Shown in pieces: positions 10,879 through 21,204 of a DNA stretch of 64,000 bases. The DNA lies in contig JAEOTP010000007.1 of NCBI GenBank assembly GCA_016839765.1, positions 96,151 through 160,150 on the forward strand, written 5' to 3'. Numbering within the stretch: position 1 is the first letter of the stretch; every line of letters starts with the position of its first letter. The DNA is from Promethearchaeota archaeon (GTDB taxonomy: Archaea > Asgardarchaeota > Lokiarchaeia > Sigyniarchaeales > SOKP01). The translations under genes and the position numbers were made by a program. The notes beneath the pieces were generated by a model. It did not search any database, was not told where the DNA came from, and worked only from the letters and a program-made list of their open reading frames with translations.

Positions 10879-11655
10879 TTATTTTTTCCAAAACGAGATT
10901 GTAAGATCATTAAATTCTTTTGGATGATCTAGTATAGTTAAATGTCCTGCATCAGGGATAATAACCAATTCTGATTGAGGTAACCATTCATGAATCATTT
11001 CACTTGCCCACACAGGACAAGTTATATCTTTTTTACCGACTAATACTAACACTGGAAAATTTAATGTTTTTAAATTCTCACAAATATTTACTCCTGCAGA
11101 ACCCATGGTTGCTTGAATTAAATCCTTTTTTGTCATATGATCTATAACCATTTTTTTTACAATTTGAGCCGTTTTCTCATCGTAAGGAATCAAACCTCGT
11201 ACACTGATACCTGATGCAAAATCATCAACCTTATAAGTGTTGATACGACCAAGAACATCTGTCATGGCTTCTTGGCTTACGAAACAGAAACCATCTGCCA
11301 CCACCATTTTTTTAACATGAGAAGGATAAAGTATAGGATATGCTAGAGCAATTATCCCCCCAAGAGAATGTCCAACCAAATAAAGGTCTGTTGTCCAATT
11401 TAAATGATTAAGTAGAGCATGTAAATCTTCAGCATAATTTCTTACTGTAAATCTCTTTTTAGGTTTTGTTGTTCTTCCATGACCTCTAAGATCATAACGT
11501 AAAACATGAAATTCCGTTTCAAAAACAGGCAATTGTTTATACCAACAATCACTATTAATGAATAGACCATGAATTAATACCATTTTGGGTTTATTACGAT
11601 CCCCACTTATTTCATAAGCAATTTCAAACCCTTTTTCAGGAGAATAGAATTCCAC
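10879..11655 (-). CDS. Alpha/beta hydrolase (enol-lactonase/esterase-like)
   Basis: LIHG, YDLRGHG, GHSLGG nucleophile elbow, GKKD, AGH. Confidence 0.88.
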   Translation of the reverse strand: MEFYSPEKGFEIAYEISGDRNKPKMVLIHGLFINSDCWYKQLPVFETEFHVLRYDLRGHGRTTKPKKRFTVRNYAEDLHALLNHLNWTTDLYLVGHSLGGIIALAYPILYPSHVKKMVVADGFCFVSQEAMTDVLGRINTYKVDDFASGISVRGLIPYDEKTAQIVKKMVIDHMTKKDLIQATMGSAGVNICENLKTLNFPVLVLVGKKDITCPVWASEMIHEWLPQSELVIIPDAGHLTILDHPKEFNDLTISFWKK

Positions 11656-11843
11656 TAGTTAACACCATATACTATTTTTTATTCCTTAAAATACAGATTA
11701 TCTTTGAGTTCTAATAAACTTTAATTAAAAATAAATGAAAAATAAATCTAAGTAGATGGGAGTTAGAAATATTTATATAGCTGACTAGTAAAATATAGAT
11801 TAATTAGAATTTTAATATAAAAAATCAATTGAAAGGGTTTATA

Positions 11844-12728
11844 ATGAAAAAATTAAAAGTAACTCTCTTGGCCGTTATTTTTATAAGTATCGCTTTTTCA
11901 TTTACTCCGCCAGTACTTCCTCAAGTTGGGACCTATACATTTCATGGGGCTGCGGGAAATGAAAAAATATTAGAAGTAAGGGTTGCTGATAATTCAAGTC
12001 TCGAAGATCTTTTCGGTGCAGGCTATGCTTCAATCTTAGAGGGTTTTTTTGATCCAGGATGCTTAATTGTAGGAGCACAAAAGAAATCTTTAGTCACAGC
12101 AGTAAATTTTAGTGCTAAATTTGATCCGTTAACTTATATTTTTCCAACTCCTGGGCCTATAGTTGATGTAGCTGAATACAACACAAGTAATTGGGATTGG
12201 ACAACAGGGGCTTTTAGTTCAACTCCAGATTCAATCGGGGACATCGTAATAAGTTTCTACGATCCAACAGAACTAACACAATTCATTAACAATTTTTATG
12301 TCACATGGGGTGGTTTTTTGGGGGTAGGGAATATACCCTATAATATTTCTACTCATACTGCTGGTGCCTTCTTGGCTCAATTACCAACACCAGTAGCCCA
12401 ATATTTAGGCGCATTGGTATGGGAACCTGATTGGACAAATATTGGTAACACTATTGTACACAATGCAGCAGCTCTTGATTATATCTTTGGAACGGCTATT
12501 CAATATCTAGAAGATTGTACAGAGACTTGGACCTATGATGGTACATATGGAGCATGGATTGGCTATAATATTTTAGATAATGAATCTAATACTATTTATG
12601 AATTCTCAATTGAATTGCCTGCTGCTGCCGAAATTCCCGGTTATGAGCTTACAATTATTTTAGGCGTGGCTACACTGACATCAATCGGTTTAATATCTGT
12701 TTTGATGAAAAAGAAAAATAATAATTAA
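11844..12728 (+). CDS. Secreted/surface protein with C-terminal IPGY (Loki-CTERM-like) sorting signal
   Basis: MKKLKV.. signal peptide (ATG 11844 preferred over TTG 11829); C-terminus EIPGYE + TM helix + KKK. Confidence 0.8.
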   Translation: MKKLKVTLLAVIFISIAFSFTPPVLPQVGTYTFHGAAGNEKILEVRVADNSSLEDLFGAGYASILEGFFDPGCLIVGAQKKSLVTAVNFSAKFDPLTYIFPTPGPIVDVAEYNTSNWDWTTGAFSSTPDSIGDIVISFYDPTELTQFINNFYVTWGGFLGVGNIPYNISTHTAGAFLAQLPTPVAQYLGALVWEPDWTNIGNTIVHNAAALDYIFGTAIQYLEDCTETWTYDGTYGAWIGYNILDNESNTIYEFSIELPAAAEIPGYELTIILGVATLTSIGLISVLMKKKNNN

Positions 12729-12770
12729 ACTTCAAAATTTTTTTTTATTTTATAATATTTTAAATGCAAT

Positions 12771-13520
12771 TTATTTATCAGAACTTTTTTTAAATAAATT
12801 TTTAAAAATTTTAATTCGCCCAGTTGTTATACCACGTGATAAATACATAAATGGAGTATCTATAACTCCAAAAAACCACTTAGTAATGATTTGTCCTAAT
12901 ATCATTTCCCCGATAAGTATTAAAGGATAATCTCCCATAAAGGCAATAGTTATGAAAAGCACGCTGTCTAAAGCTAATGTTGGTATATCACTGAAGACAT
13001 TCCTGATCCACAAATTCTTATCTTTAGTCAATTTTTTAAGTTTTGCATATATCACGGCATCAAGATTTTCTGTTATAATGAATGCGATCCACGATGCTGC
13101 TGTTATTCGTAAAGTTGAGCCAAAGAAACTTATCCAATATTGTTGAGTTGTTGTTGGATCGCCCCCCCAAAAGGGTGCTGGAATTATCTCAATACTAAAC
13201 CAAATAAATATCGACATAAAGATTTGAGTAATAAATGCGATGAAGATCATTCTATGTGTTCTTTTTCGCCCGAAATTTTCATTTACCATGTCTGTAATCT
13301 GAAATGTAAATGGAAAAATAAGAACTGCTACCGGAGCTGTAATTTGAAAAGTTCCGATGCTGAAGTCTCCAATTTTTGCCGCAATTATTTGAGAAATTGT
13401 TATAAATAAAATATAAAAGGCAATTGCTACATCTTCTTTTTGCTGAGTTTTAATATACTGGCTTATAAAGAGCGTTGAGATGAAAATCGTAATAATCCAT
13501 ATTAATAATATTAACCACAT
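12771..13520 (-). CDS. Queuosine/archaeosine precursor transporter (YhhQ/Vut_1 family)
   Basis: IIAAK, FPFTFQITDMVNENFG, LRITAASWIAF, WIRN, DSVLFITIAF, DTPFMY. Confidence 0.85.
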   Translation of the reverse strand: MWLILLIWIITIFISTLFISQYIKTQQKEDVAIAFYILFITISQIIAAKIGDFSIGTFQITAPVAVLIFPFTFQITDMVNENFGRKRTHRMIFIAFITQIFMSIFIWFSIEIIPAPFWGGDPTTTQQYWISFFGSTLRITAASWIAFIITENLDAVIYAKLKKLTKDKNLWIRNVFSDIPTLALDSVLFITIAFMGDYPLILIGEMILGQIITKWFFGVIDTPFMYLSRGITTGRIKIFKNLFKKSSDK

Positions 13521-13720
13521 TTCAATCGACTTATTTCAATTTTTAAAATAATAATAAAATTTTATTTATCCTGCTTTTTAAAATAATCTCTTAGTAGATT
13601 ATTAAATAAAGTTGAATGTTATATAAACAATGTATTTTTATTTTACTTCATATTTTATCATGGGATAATTGGAGGTAAGAAATTATCAAAAATAACTTAG
13701 TTAAAACTATTTTAGATTTA

Positions 13721-14998
13721 TTGTCTGAATTTACTGAAGGAAAAACTCAAATTATTAAAGAAGAGAAGAGGTATAATCCTCAAATTATCCATTATTATAA
13801 CGAAATTATCAGAAATTGGAATAAATTAAATTTTATTGTCCAAAAGACACTTAGATCATTGGAAAAATCCAATGAGGATAGGTCTTATACCAATGAGCTA
13901 TTATTGCTTGCTACATATCGGTTAATATTTGAAAAAGTAGACATTGAAACAATTATCAAAGAAATGGGCCAAAAAAATGACTTTATTTCATTCTTAGAAA
14001 AGCTAAAAACATTTTCTTGGAAACTTGCATTAAAGGGTAAAAGTAAACTTGAAAAATTAAGCATTAAGGAAGCAATTCCTAGCTTTTTTATTGAACATCT
14101 AGTACCGGTAATGAACTTTGATTTTTTAAAAGAAAATATTAAATATATGAATCAGTATACATCTCAGAAGAATATTACCTTTAGAATTAATACATTACCT
14201 AATGATTCATTAGAATCATTAAAAAATTCAATAGAAAAAGAATTTAATGAAAATAATATAAAAATTAGGCAAGATGCTAAAATTCCACTTATATTTCATA
14301 CATCACTTAAAAACAAAAGAAGAATTCTTCTTAGCGATTGGTATAGAAATGGTAAATTAATTTTTCAAGATAAAGCATCTTTTTTAATTATTCAATTATT
14401 ATCACCCCAATCAGGAGATTTTATTTGCGATATGTGTGCTGCCCCTGGAATTAAATCTAGTTTAATTGCTCAATTAACTAAAAATGAAGCTAAGATTATC
14501 TGTAATGATTTTAATAATAAACGATTGAAATTTACTAAGTTTTTTTTGAATTTTTTAAAGGTGTCGAATATTTTTTTAATCAATTCAGATGGAACAAACT
14601 TTCCTGTTAATTTAAAAACTAAATTTGATAGAATGTTGATTGATGCTCCTTGTACAGGTAGTGGAACTTTTTTATCAAATCCAGAACTTAAATGGCGTCA
14701 AAATCCAACATTTCTTCATCAAAATATTGTATTTCAAGAAAAATTACTAGAATCAGGATTAAAATATCTAAAGCCTAACGGTATATTAATTTATTCTACT
14801 TGTAGTTTGTATCCTGAAGAAGGAGAATTACAAATTATAAAGTTTAAAGAAGCCTTAGAACCTTTAACTGTACCAAAATGGTTTTCACCTAGTTATAAAA
14901 TTAATAATGTGGAATTGAAAGGTACAGGAAGATTATTTCCAGCAATTCATAAGACCCAAGGATTTTTTGTGGGTAAATTCAAAAAAAAGGAAAAATAA
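13721..14998 (+). CDS. RsmB/NOP2-family RNA m5C methyltransferase
   Basis: FQDKAS, DMCAAPGIK, DAPCTGSG, YSTCS. Confidence 0.9.
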   Translation: MSEFTEGKTQIIKEEKRYNPQIIHYYNEIIRNWNKLNFIVQKTLRSLEKSNEDRSYTNELLLLATYRLIFEKVDIETIIKEMGQKNDFISFLEKLKTFSWKLALKGKSKLEKLSIKEAIPSFFIEHLVPVMNFDFLKENIKYMNQYTSQKNITFRINTLPNDSLESLKNSIEKEFNENNIKIRQDAKIPLIFHTSLKNKRRILLSDWYRNGKLIFQDKASFLIIQLLSPQSGDFICDMCAAPGIKSSLIAQLTKNEAKIICNDFNNKRLKFTKFFLNFLKVSNIFLINSDGTNFPVNLKTKFDRMLIDAPCTGSGTFLSNPELKWRQNPTFLHQNIVFQEKLLESGLKYLKPNGILIYSTCSLYPEEGELQIIKFKEALEPLTVPKWFSPSYKINNVELKGTGRLFPAIHKTQGFFVGKFKKKEK

Positions 14999-15036
14999 TA
15001 TAAATTATTACTTTTTCAATTCAGTAGGTTATTTAA

Positions 15037-15849
15037 ATGGTTAATAATAAGAAAAAATTCTGGACTATAAGTGAAATTGATGCAACTGGTGTGAGAGGGC
15101 CTCATGAAATAGAATTAAAAAACATTAGTAATGCTAAATACCATAATTTCATTAATATTGACCAAGAAAAACTCTTAAAGATTGTAAACGAAGATTTAGG
15201 AGCAAAAATTGAAAATATGGGATTAAATGAAGATTGGACTATAACAATTGAAATGTTTCCTCAAGTAAAAATTCATATAATTTATAGTTATTTTGGTGAT
15301 GAATTTGGTGACATCGAAGCAGAATTTAAATTTTTATTTTCTGGCGAACATGCAAATATGGTTCCAGGTGAAGATAGTGCCACATTTATAGATGTTATAA
15401 TAGATTTCTTAGAAAGAAGGATTAAAGAAGAAGAACCTTTTGGTAAAAATTATGAAAAGAAATCTGAGTTAATGGAAAAGGTTCTAATTCAGAGAGCTAA
15501 CCCTTTTTCATTATTAGTTGAAAAGGATCTCGAAAAACTTGCAGAATTTATAGGAGCTAAAGTATGGAAAACTAAAGGTGGATGGAAAATTAAAAGACAA
15601 ATCTTTCCAAAAATCTTTACAGAAATAACATGGGATTACCAGAATGGATTAGATATTTCCTTCTTTGGAGATAATTTATCAAAGAATATAAGCAGTTATC
15701 ATGGAGAATTAATCGGGATTTTCACCATAAATCACATTTTGAGATATATAACAATTCGAAATGAAGAGAAAGATTTACCAGATATTTGCTATATGATGTT
15801 TTCTCGGCATTACACAAAAGCTAAAAATTGGAATCATAGAACTCGATAA
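15037..15849 (+). CDS. Uncharacterised protein with two similar domains (DUF3786-like)
   Basis: Internal repeat GAK..W.I....FP....I..(Y/W); GDEFGDIEAEFKFLF resembles DUF3786 from memory. Confidence 0.5.
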   Translation: MVNNKKKFWTISEIDATGVRGPHEIELKNISNAKYHNFINIDQEKLLKIVNEDLGAKIENMGLNEDWTITIEMFPQVKIHIIYSYFGDEFGDIEAEFKFLFSGEHANMVPGEDSATFIDVIIDFLERRIKEEEPFGKNYEKKSELMEKVLIQRANPFSLLVEKDLEKLAEFIGAKVWKTKGGWKIKRQIFPKIFTEITWDYQNGLDISFFGDNLSKNISSYHGELIGIFTINHILRYITIRNEEKDLPDICYMMFSRHYTKAKNWNHRTR

Positions 15850-15892
15850 TCTTTTCCTTCCTTAAAAAAAAATTAATAAAAAGAATAAAATT

Positions 15893-16450
15893 TTATTCAA
15901 TTGTCCAAATTACTGTTCTTCCTTTCTTTTTGAACCTTTTAACTTTTTTAGCACTTTCTAAATCGGACATAACTTTCCAAATTTGAGAGTTGCTTAGCTT
16001 AAAATACCTTCTTAATTCTGGTGTTGACATTTGAGTGCCGTTTAAAAGGTTTATTATTAATCTCTTAATCTCATCAACAGTATCTTCGTCTGAACTATCT
16101 GAATCTTCCTCAGAGTCATTATCATTTACTTCCATTTCATCAATTATCCTCAAAGCAATTTTATTTAATTCTTTTAAGTTATTTTCAATACCCTGGGGTT
16201 TCATAAATAAGCAACATAATTCTAAGTCTCTTGGAAAAGCTACTATATAAAATTTGTCGTATAGTATTGCTCTTGGTTTTTTTCCTGCATTTCCTCCTCG
16301 AAATGCAAGATAAAAATTCATAGCAAAATCATCTAATTTCAATAGCTTAGCACTATTACTATATCCTCGTTTCCATTTAAGAAATGGACCATCAATCATA
16401 TCAAATCCAATAAGAGCAGCCCCAAAAAGTTCTTTTTCATTAAAATGCAA
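15893..16450 (-). CDS. Longin/uDENN-like N-domain + acidic linker + winged-helix domain
   Basis: GFDMIDGP (F-x4-GP); acidic linker DNDSEEDSDSSDED; wHTH MSTPELRRYFKLSNSQIWKVMSDLE..KVKR..GRTVIW; TTG start with GGAGG SD inside the GTPase gene. Confidence 0.65.
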   Translation of the reverse strand: MHFNEKELFGAALIGFDMIDGPFLKWKRGYSNSAKLLKLDDFAMNFYLAFRGGNAGKKPRAILYDKFYIVAFPRDLELCCLFMKPQGIENNLKELNKIALRIIDEMEVNDNDSEEDSDSSDEDTVDEIKRLIINLLNGTQMSTPELRRYFKLSNSQIWKVMSDLESAKKVKRFKKKGRTVIWTIE

Positions 16451-16985
16451 TTTCTTTCATCCTCCTTTTAGCAATTTTTTCTAATTCTTTTTTTATAATA
16501 TTCATAAGTTTACGACGTTCAGCGGGATTAATTGCTGTAAGGCCATATGTTTTTACATGAAGTATATCTTCTACTCTTTTAGGTTCCATTCTTCCATCAT
16601 TTTTCGCTAAATCCTGCTTATTGGCAATCACTATTATAGGGCAGTTATTCTCGACAAAATGGGTTGCATAATTAATTAATTCGCGAGATTTTAGAACATT
16701 TTTCGGTGATGAATCGGTTACTACAAAAAGGAGATCTGAACCTAATAAATGATCCCTGCTGCAAGATTGTAGATAACCTTGCTGTCCAGCGAAATCCCAT
16801 AACTTGATGGTAAAACTATCAAACTTTACAGTCTTTAAGTCAAACCCATGGGTGGGTAGATAAATTCTATCAATTGTATTTTTAGAAAGCAATTTTAAAA
16901 TTGTAGTTTTACCAACAGCGGGAGATCCAATTATGCTAACCTTGTAAAGATTATGTAATTCAGAACTCAACATCTTATTAATCAA
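16440..16985 (-). CDS. Small Ras-superfamily GTPase (Arf/Rab-like, Asgard type)
   Basis: G1 GSPAVGKTT, G2 PTHG, G3 WDFAGQ, G4 NKQD, G5-like TAI. Confidence 0.92.
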   Translation of the reverse strand: MINKMLSSELHNLYKVSIIGSPAVGKTTILKLLSKNTIDRIYLPTHGFDLKTVKFDSFTIKLWDFAGQQGYLQSCSRDHLLGSDLLFVVTDSSPKNVLKSRELINYATHFVENNCPIIVIANKQDLAKNDGRMEPKRVEDILHVKTYGLTAINPAERRKLMNIIKKELEKIAKRRMKEIAF

Positions 16986-17095
16986 AAAAAAAGAATTTGT
17001 TTAAAGTTAAAAGAACTCATAGTTTATATGAATCTGGATAATATCTACATATCATGGAAGCATTTAAGGAAAAATAAAGTAAATATTGAACTTTC

Positions 17096-19006
17096 TTATA
17101 TAGAAATATTTCCAAAAGTTATGTTGTAATAGAATAATAAAATCAATAATGAGAAAAAAGTAGGTAAAATAAGACTATACGTTAACAACTTCTGAGAAAC
17201 CCTAATACATTCTTGAAGCGTATTCATGATTGCATCAAAATATTTTGGATCTCCCCAAATCTTTACGTTTTCTATTTCAGAGGAGTAGTAACTAAATTCA
17301 ACCTTGGTTAAATTCTTCTCGGCTTTTGCTATTAATTCTTCGAGTTTTGTTAAGATATATTCTAATTTAATTTTCTCTCCTATTGGCGAATAACCTCTAC
17401 TAGTGAATTGTCTAGCAACAGTATGGCTATCACTGGTAGTTACTTCACCTAATACTATGCCTCTATTTTGGAGCATATTTAAAATAAAGGATCGGATATC
17501 CACATAAGCATTGTTAGCATCAAAATGGACTAACACTGTTTTTTGATCTGTAGTTAAGTTTTTAAAAAGATGAACAACTATACCACCAGAGCCTATCCCA
17601 TCACGTTCAGAATACTCGCTCAATGAATCTTTGGCTACTCCATATTTAATTTCGCTTGATATTGAATTTACTTTTTTTTTACTTGAGATTAAGAAATTTT
17701 CACTCACCTTTATTAAATCTTTCCCTTCAATAGTATCCTTTTTAATTAAAACTTCGTCTCCAATTATTGAATTATGAGAGTCGATTATGAGTATATCATG
17801 ATATCCAAGAGAATGAGCAATTTCATTTATATTTTCACCAATCTCTGCCTCAATATCATCCGAAGGTAAAGGATGCCTTGTAAGGAAAATAATAGGAACA
17901 TCGCCAATTTCCGTTCCAATTAGTTTAGCAGAGTTATGCATTTTTCTTGATAAATTATTAATCTTTTTAATCCATTTTATATTTTCACTGGATTCAATGT
18001 ATTTTACATCCTTTCTAATTCTAGTTAAAACTTTTTCGAGTTCTTTATGATTAGTTAGATTATGTGAATGATCATTAGTAGTATGATAAACAGTTGTGCC
18101 AGAGATGTTATTGAACATACTATAAATACGAGATGGTAAATCTGAGGAACCACATGTTTTAAAAGGGCCAAAATGAATATCTGGGATTATAAATAAACCT
18201 TTTAACTTTTCAGAATTTACATTTCTAATCGCCAAATATTGAATTTTTACCTTTGATTCTATACCAATTATATCAAAAAAATCTTCAATTAAATCATCAT
18301 TATCCTTTGTCATCATAGACAATACAAAAGCCCTTATAAAAGGGTAGCCTCCTATACCAGTCACTCTCTTATATACGTTGCTAACGTTGGACATCGCTCT
18401 TGCATATGGTATAGCAAAAATTAAAGCACAGGATATGAAAAAAACGCTTGCTCTAATAAGAAATAAAAACCATAATTGGGCTGTTAATATACTATATAAA
18501 ATAATCCCGATTATAGGCTGAATTAATGCTAAGATTAGATTTCCATATTTTCCAACAGTTGTAAATGAATAATAGATGACATAAGCTATAATGTATGAGA
18601 CAATAGTTCCTAAAATAAAAAACATTTCTTGGAATGTAATATTTCTAAGAAAAACAGCTAACAGTTGACCTATAATTAATGATGCTCCCAAAATAACACT
18701 TATAAAGGTGTTAAGTTGTAAAGCCCAACCATTAGGCGGTGGTTTTAATATGGGAGCTCTTTTGGAATAATAATAAATTGAAATAAAAGCTCCTGCACCT
18801 GAAATGGAATAAAAAATCAGAAGAACAAAAAAAAAGAAATAAAAATTCCAAATACTCGTATAAATAGAATTTAAGAAAAATGATAATATTCCAAATACAA
18901 ATGGTATACTGAAAAAAAGGGAAATAGCTAATCGTTTAGTCCCAAAAAAATCCATATATGAAATTATTCCTGGTATTTGACGAGAGGGTGGTTTTTGCGT
19001 TAACAT
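17096..19006 (-). CDS. DUF2070-family archaeal membrane protein
   Basis: N-terminal TM bundle; PDIHFGPF..GSS.LP, H...HSHN, DSHN, DANN, TSDSH motifs; C-terminal TM. Confidence 0.8.
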   Translation of the reverse strand: MLTQKPPSRQIPGIISYMDFFGTKRLAISLFFSIPFVFGILSFFLNSIYTSIWNFYFFFFVLLIFYSISGAGAFISIYYYSKRAPILKPPPNGWALQLNTFISVILGASLIIGQLLAVFLRNITFQEMFFILGTIVSYIIAYVIYYSFTTVGKYGNLILALIQPIIGIILYSILTAQLWFLFLIRASVFFISCALIFAIPYARAMSNVSNVYKRVTGIGGYPFIRAFVLSMMTKDNDDLIEDFFDIIGIESKVKIQYLAIRNVNSEKLKGLFIIPDIHFGPFKTCGSSDLPSRIYSMFNNISGTTVYHTTNDHSHNLTNHKELEKVLTRIRKDVKYIESSENIKWIKKINNLSRKMHNSAKLIGTEIGDVPIIFLTRHPLPSDDIEAEIGENINEIAHSLGYHDILIIDSHNSIIGDEVLIKKDTIEGKDLIKVSENFLISSKKKVNSISSEIKYGVAKDSLSEYSERDGIGSGGIVVHLFKNLTTDQKTVLVHFDANNAYVDIRSFILNMLQNRGIVLGEVTTSDSHTVARQFTSRGYSPIGEKIKLEYILTKLEELIAKAEKNLTKVEFSYYSSEIENVKIWGDPKYFDAIMNTLQECIRVSQKLLTYSLILPTFFSLLILLFYYNITFGNISI

Positions 19007-19138
19007 TTAGGGCATTAAAAAGATATATTCTTATAATAATATTTTTTCTGTTACTATATTTAATAATTTAAATTCAAATTTGTATAATTATCTTTTTTAT
19101 TTAACAAATTATAAATAATTATAAAAATAATAAAAATT

Positions 19139-20191
19139 ATGTCGGAAGATATACAAACATTACAGAGATTCGCATTTAAAAGTTTTGGTGGAGTTCTCTC
19201 CGATGGATACGTTTTGTTTGCTAAGAATTGGCTAAAAATCATTGGTCCCATGGCGTTTTTTTTAATTATTTCTATAATACTGAAAAATCTTCTCTTACCT
19301 GATTTAATTTGGAATTTAGATCTACTTGAACCTCAAGTAAGTGCTATTCTAAATAAATCAACTATAAATGATGCAGATATACAGATACTTTTACGTTTCA
19401 TGTTATTATTTTTTGGTAGTTTTATTTTACAAGGAATTATTGGAGCATTTTTTACTGTAATAGCCATGTGTTCAATAAGCAGTTATCTTTTAAAGAGATA
19501 TAAAGAGATTGAGGTTGACTTCATTAAAGAATTCAAATCATCTTTTAATTCAAAATTATTTATAGTATTACTTCTTATTGGAATTGTAGTCCCTTTAGGG
19601 ATTTTTTTACTCTATATACCAAGTATATTTATATTTGGATTTTATATTTTTTCAATATTTACTTATAAAAATCAAAATGAAACCATAAAAGAAGCGCGAT
19701 CTATTGCTAAAGGCTCATTTTGGAAAATAATAGGAGTATTTTTCATACCTATTATAATAATATTTACAATTAACTTCTTTTTTCAGATGATTTTAGATTT
19801 TATTATTCCAATTGATGAGATAACTTATTTATCATGGTATAATCCTAGTAGCAGGAACTATGGAATGATAATTTTGTATGATTTTCTCTATAATAATTTC
19901 TTTAATATTCTCTTAGGTCCATTATTTATTTGTTTCCTCACAGTTTTATATACATCATCAAAAGCTAAAAAAGTAGCGATATCCCAATATAGAGAACAAC
20001 CTGTTTCAATGAAGTATCGATATTCAGAACCTGTAACATCTAGATTATATTCTGATAAAATGGAAATAGAAAAACCAAGAGTAAATCACAAATTTAGTTC
20101 AGGTTTTTATTGTCCTTTTTGTGGAAAATTTATGGAGAAGAAATTCGAAAAATGTCCATATTGTAATGAACCTTTAGATTTTAGTTTTTAA
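19139..20191 (+). CDS. Multi-pass membrane protein with C-terminal zinc ribbon
   Basis: 5-6 TM segments; S....KGSFWKI; tail CPFCG..CPYC. Confidence 0.7.
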   Translation: MSEDIQTLQRFAFKSFGGVLSDGYVLFAKNWLKIIGPMAFFLIISIILKNLLLPDLIWNLDLLEPQVSAILNKSTINDADIQILLRFMLLFFGSFILQGIIGAFFTVIAMCSISSYLLKRYKEIEVDFIKEFKSSFNSKLFIVLLLIGIVVPLGIFLLYIPSIFIFGFYIFSIFTYKNQNETIKEARSIAKGSFWKIIGVFFIPIIIIFTINFFFQMILDFIIPIDEITYLSWYNPSSRNYGMIILYDFLYNNFFNILLGPLFICFLTVLYTSSKAKKVAISQYREQPVSMKYRYSEPVTSRLYSDKMEIEKPRVNHKFSSGFYCPFCGKFMEKKFEKCPYCNEPLDFSF

Positions 20192-20209
20192 TAATAAAAA
20201 TAGGAGAAA

Positions 20210-21004
20210 ATGATGTATATCAACATTATAAAAAAATTCGATTTAAAGACTGAAGAAATTCATAATCCAGTAGTCCTTATAGGTTGGCCTGGAATTGCTT
20301 TAGTTGCAAAATTAGCTATAACGTCAATAAAAGACTCTATTAAAGCAAAAGAGTTCTTGAATATAGAATATTTTGATTTTCCTCCCAAATCAAATGTAGA
20401 AAAGGGTAAATTAGAAATTCCAACAGCAGAAGTATATTATAAATCTAGACCTGGAAAAAAGGAAAATGACTTATTTATATTAACAGCTAATTACCAACCT
20501 CAAACTCCTGAGGGTGTTTTTGAGTTTTCTCAAAAATTTTGTGAAGAAATGGATAAAATAACAGAAGGAAAAATCACCATGTATGTAAGTACTGGTGCAA
20601 TGGTTTCAGATAAAATTAGAGATGAACCAATGGTTCATGTGTGTGGTACTGATCATGAAGTCGTGAAATCTTTTTTAAAACAGAAAGACACAAAAATTAT
20701 GGACGGTGGAGTAATAGCTGGAGCCAATGGGATTTTACCTGCTTGGGCAGGACAAAAGGGATTTGCACCTGGAATTTGTTTATTAGCAGAAACATTACCC
20801 TTACCTATGATGTCTTTAGATCCTCGAGCTTCGAAAGCTTTAGTTACAATACTTAAAGATTACTTTAATATTGAAATGGGATTTGAAGAATTAGATAAAA
20901 AAATTGAAGAAATGGAAAGTGTGATTGAGTCTTATAAGAAGCAAGCAGAACATTTCATGAAAGGTGCCCGAGAAGATAGAGGATCGGATTCATACTTCCG
21001 TTAA
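20210..21004 (+). CDS. PAC2-family proteasome assembly chaperone-like protein
   Basis: GWPGIALVAKLA, QP, IAGANGIL, GICLLAET, DPRASKAL; ends SYFR. Confidence 0.85.
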   Translation: MMYINIIKKFDLKTEEIHNPVVLIGWPGIALVAKLAITSIKDSIKAKEFLNIEYFDFPPKSNVEKGKLEIPTAEVYYKSRPGKKENDLFILTANYQPQTPEGVFEFSQKFCEEMDKITEGKITMYVSTGAMVSDKIRDEPMVHVCGTDHEVVKSFLKQKDTKIMDGGVIAGANGILPAWAGQKGFAPGICLLAETLPLPMMSLDPRASKALVTILKDYFNIEMGFEELDKKIEEMESVIESYKKQAEHFMKGAREDRGSDSYFR

Positions 21005-21204
21005 AGAAGCATAAACCTTTTCGAAATATAATTTAAAACATACGATTTATAATAAATAAATTAAAGATAAAATCTTTTTTGAATTAATTGATAATTCTTC
21101 TACTAGATTTGACATATTTTTTACAAGAGATAACAATTTAAATAGTTATCAATTTTAATATCTAACAAAATTAATATTTTAAATCTATTTAATAGGAGTT
21201 TCAT

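Noticed and set aside
8271-11655. Olefin (OleABCD) biosynthesis cluster
   Set aside because: Three similar families are present, but there is no OleD-type reductase, the hydrolase has a Ser nucleophile (GHSLG) and it is convergent.
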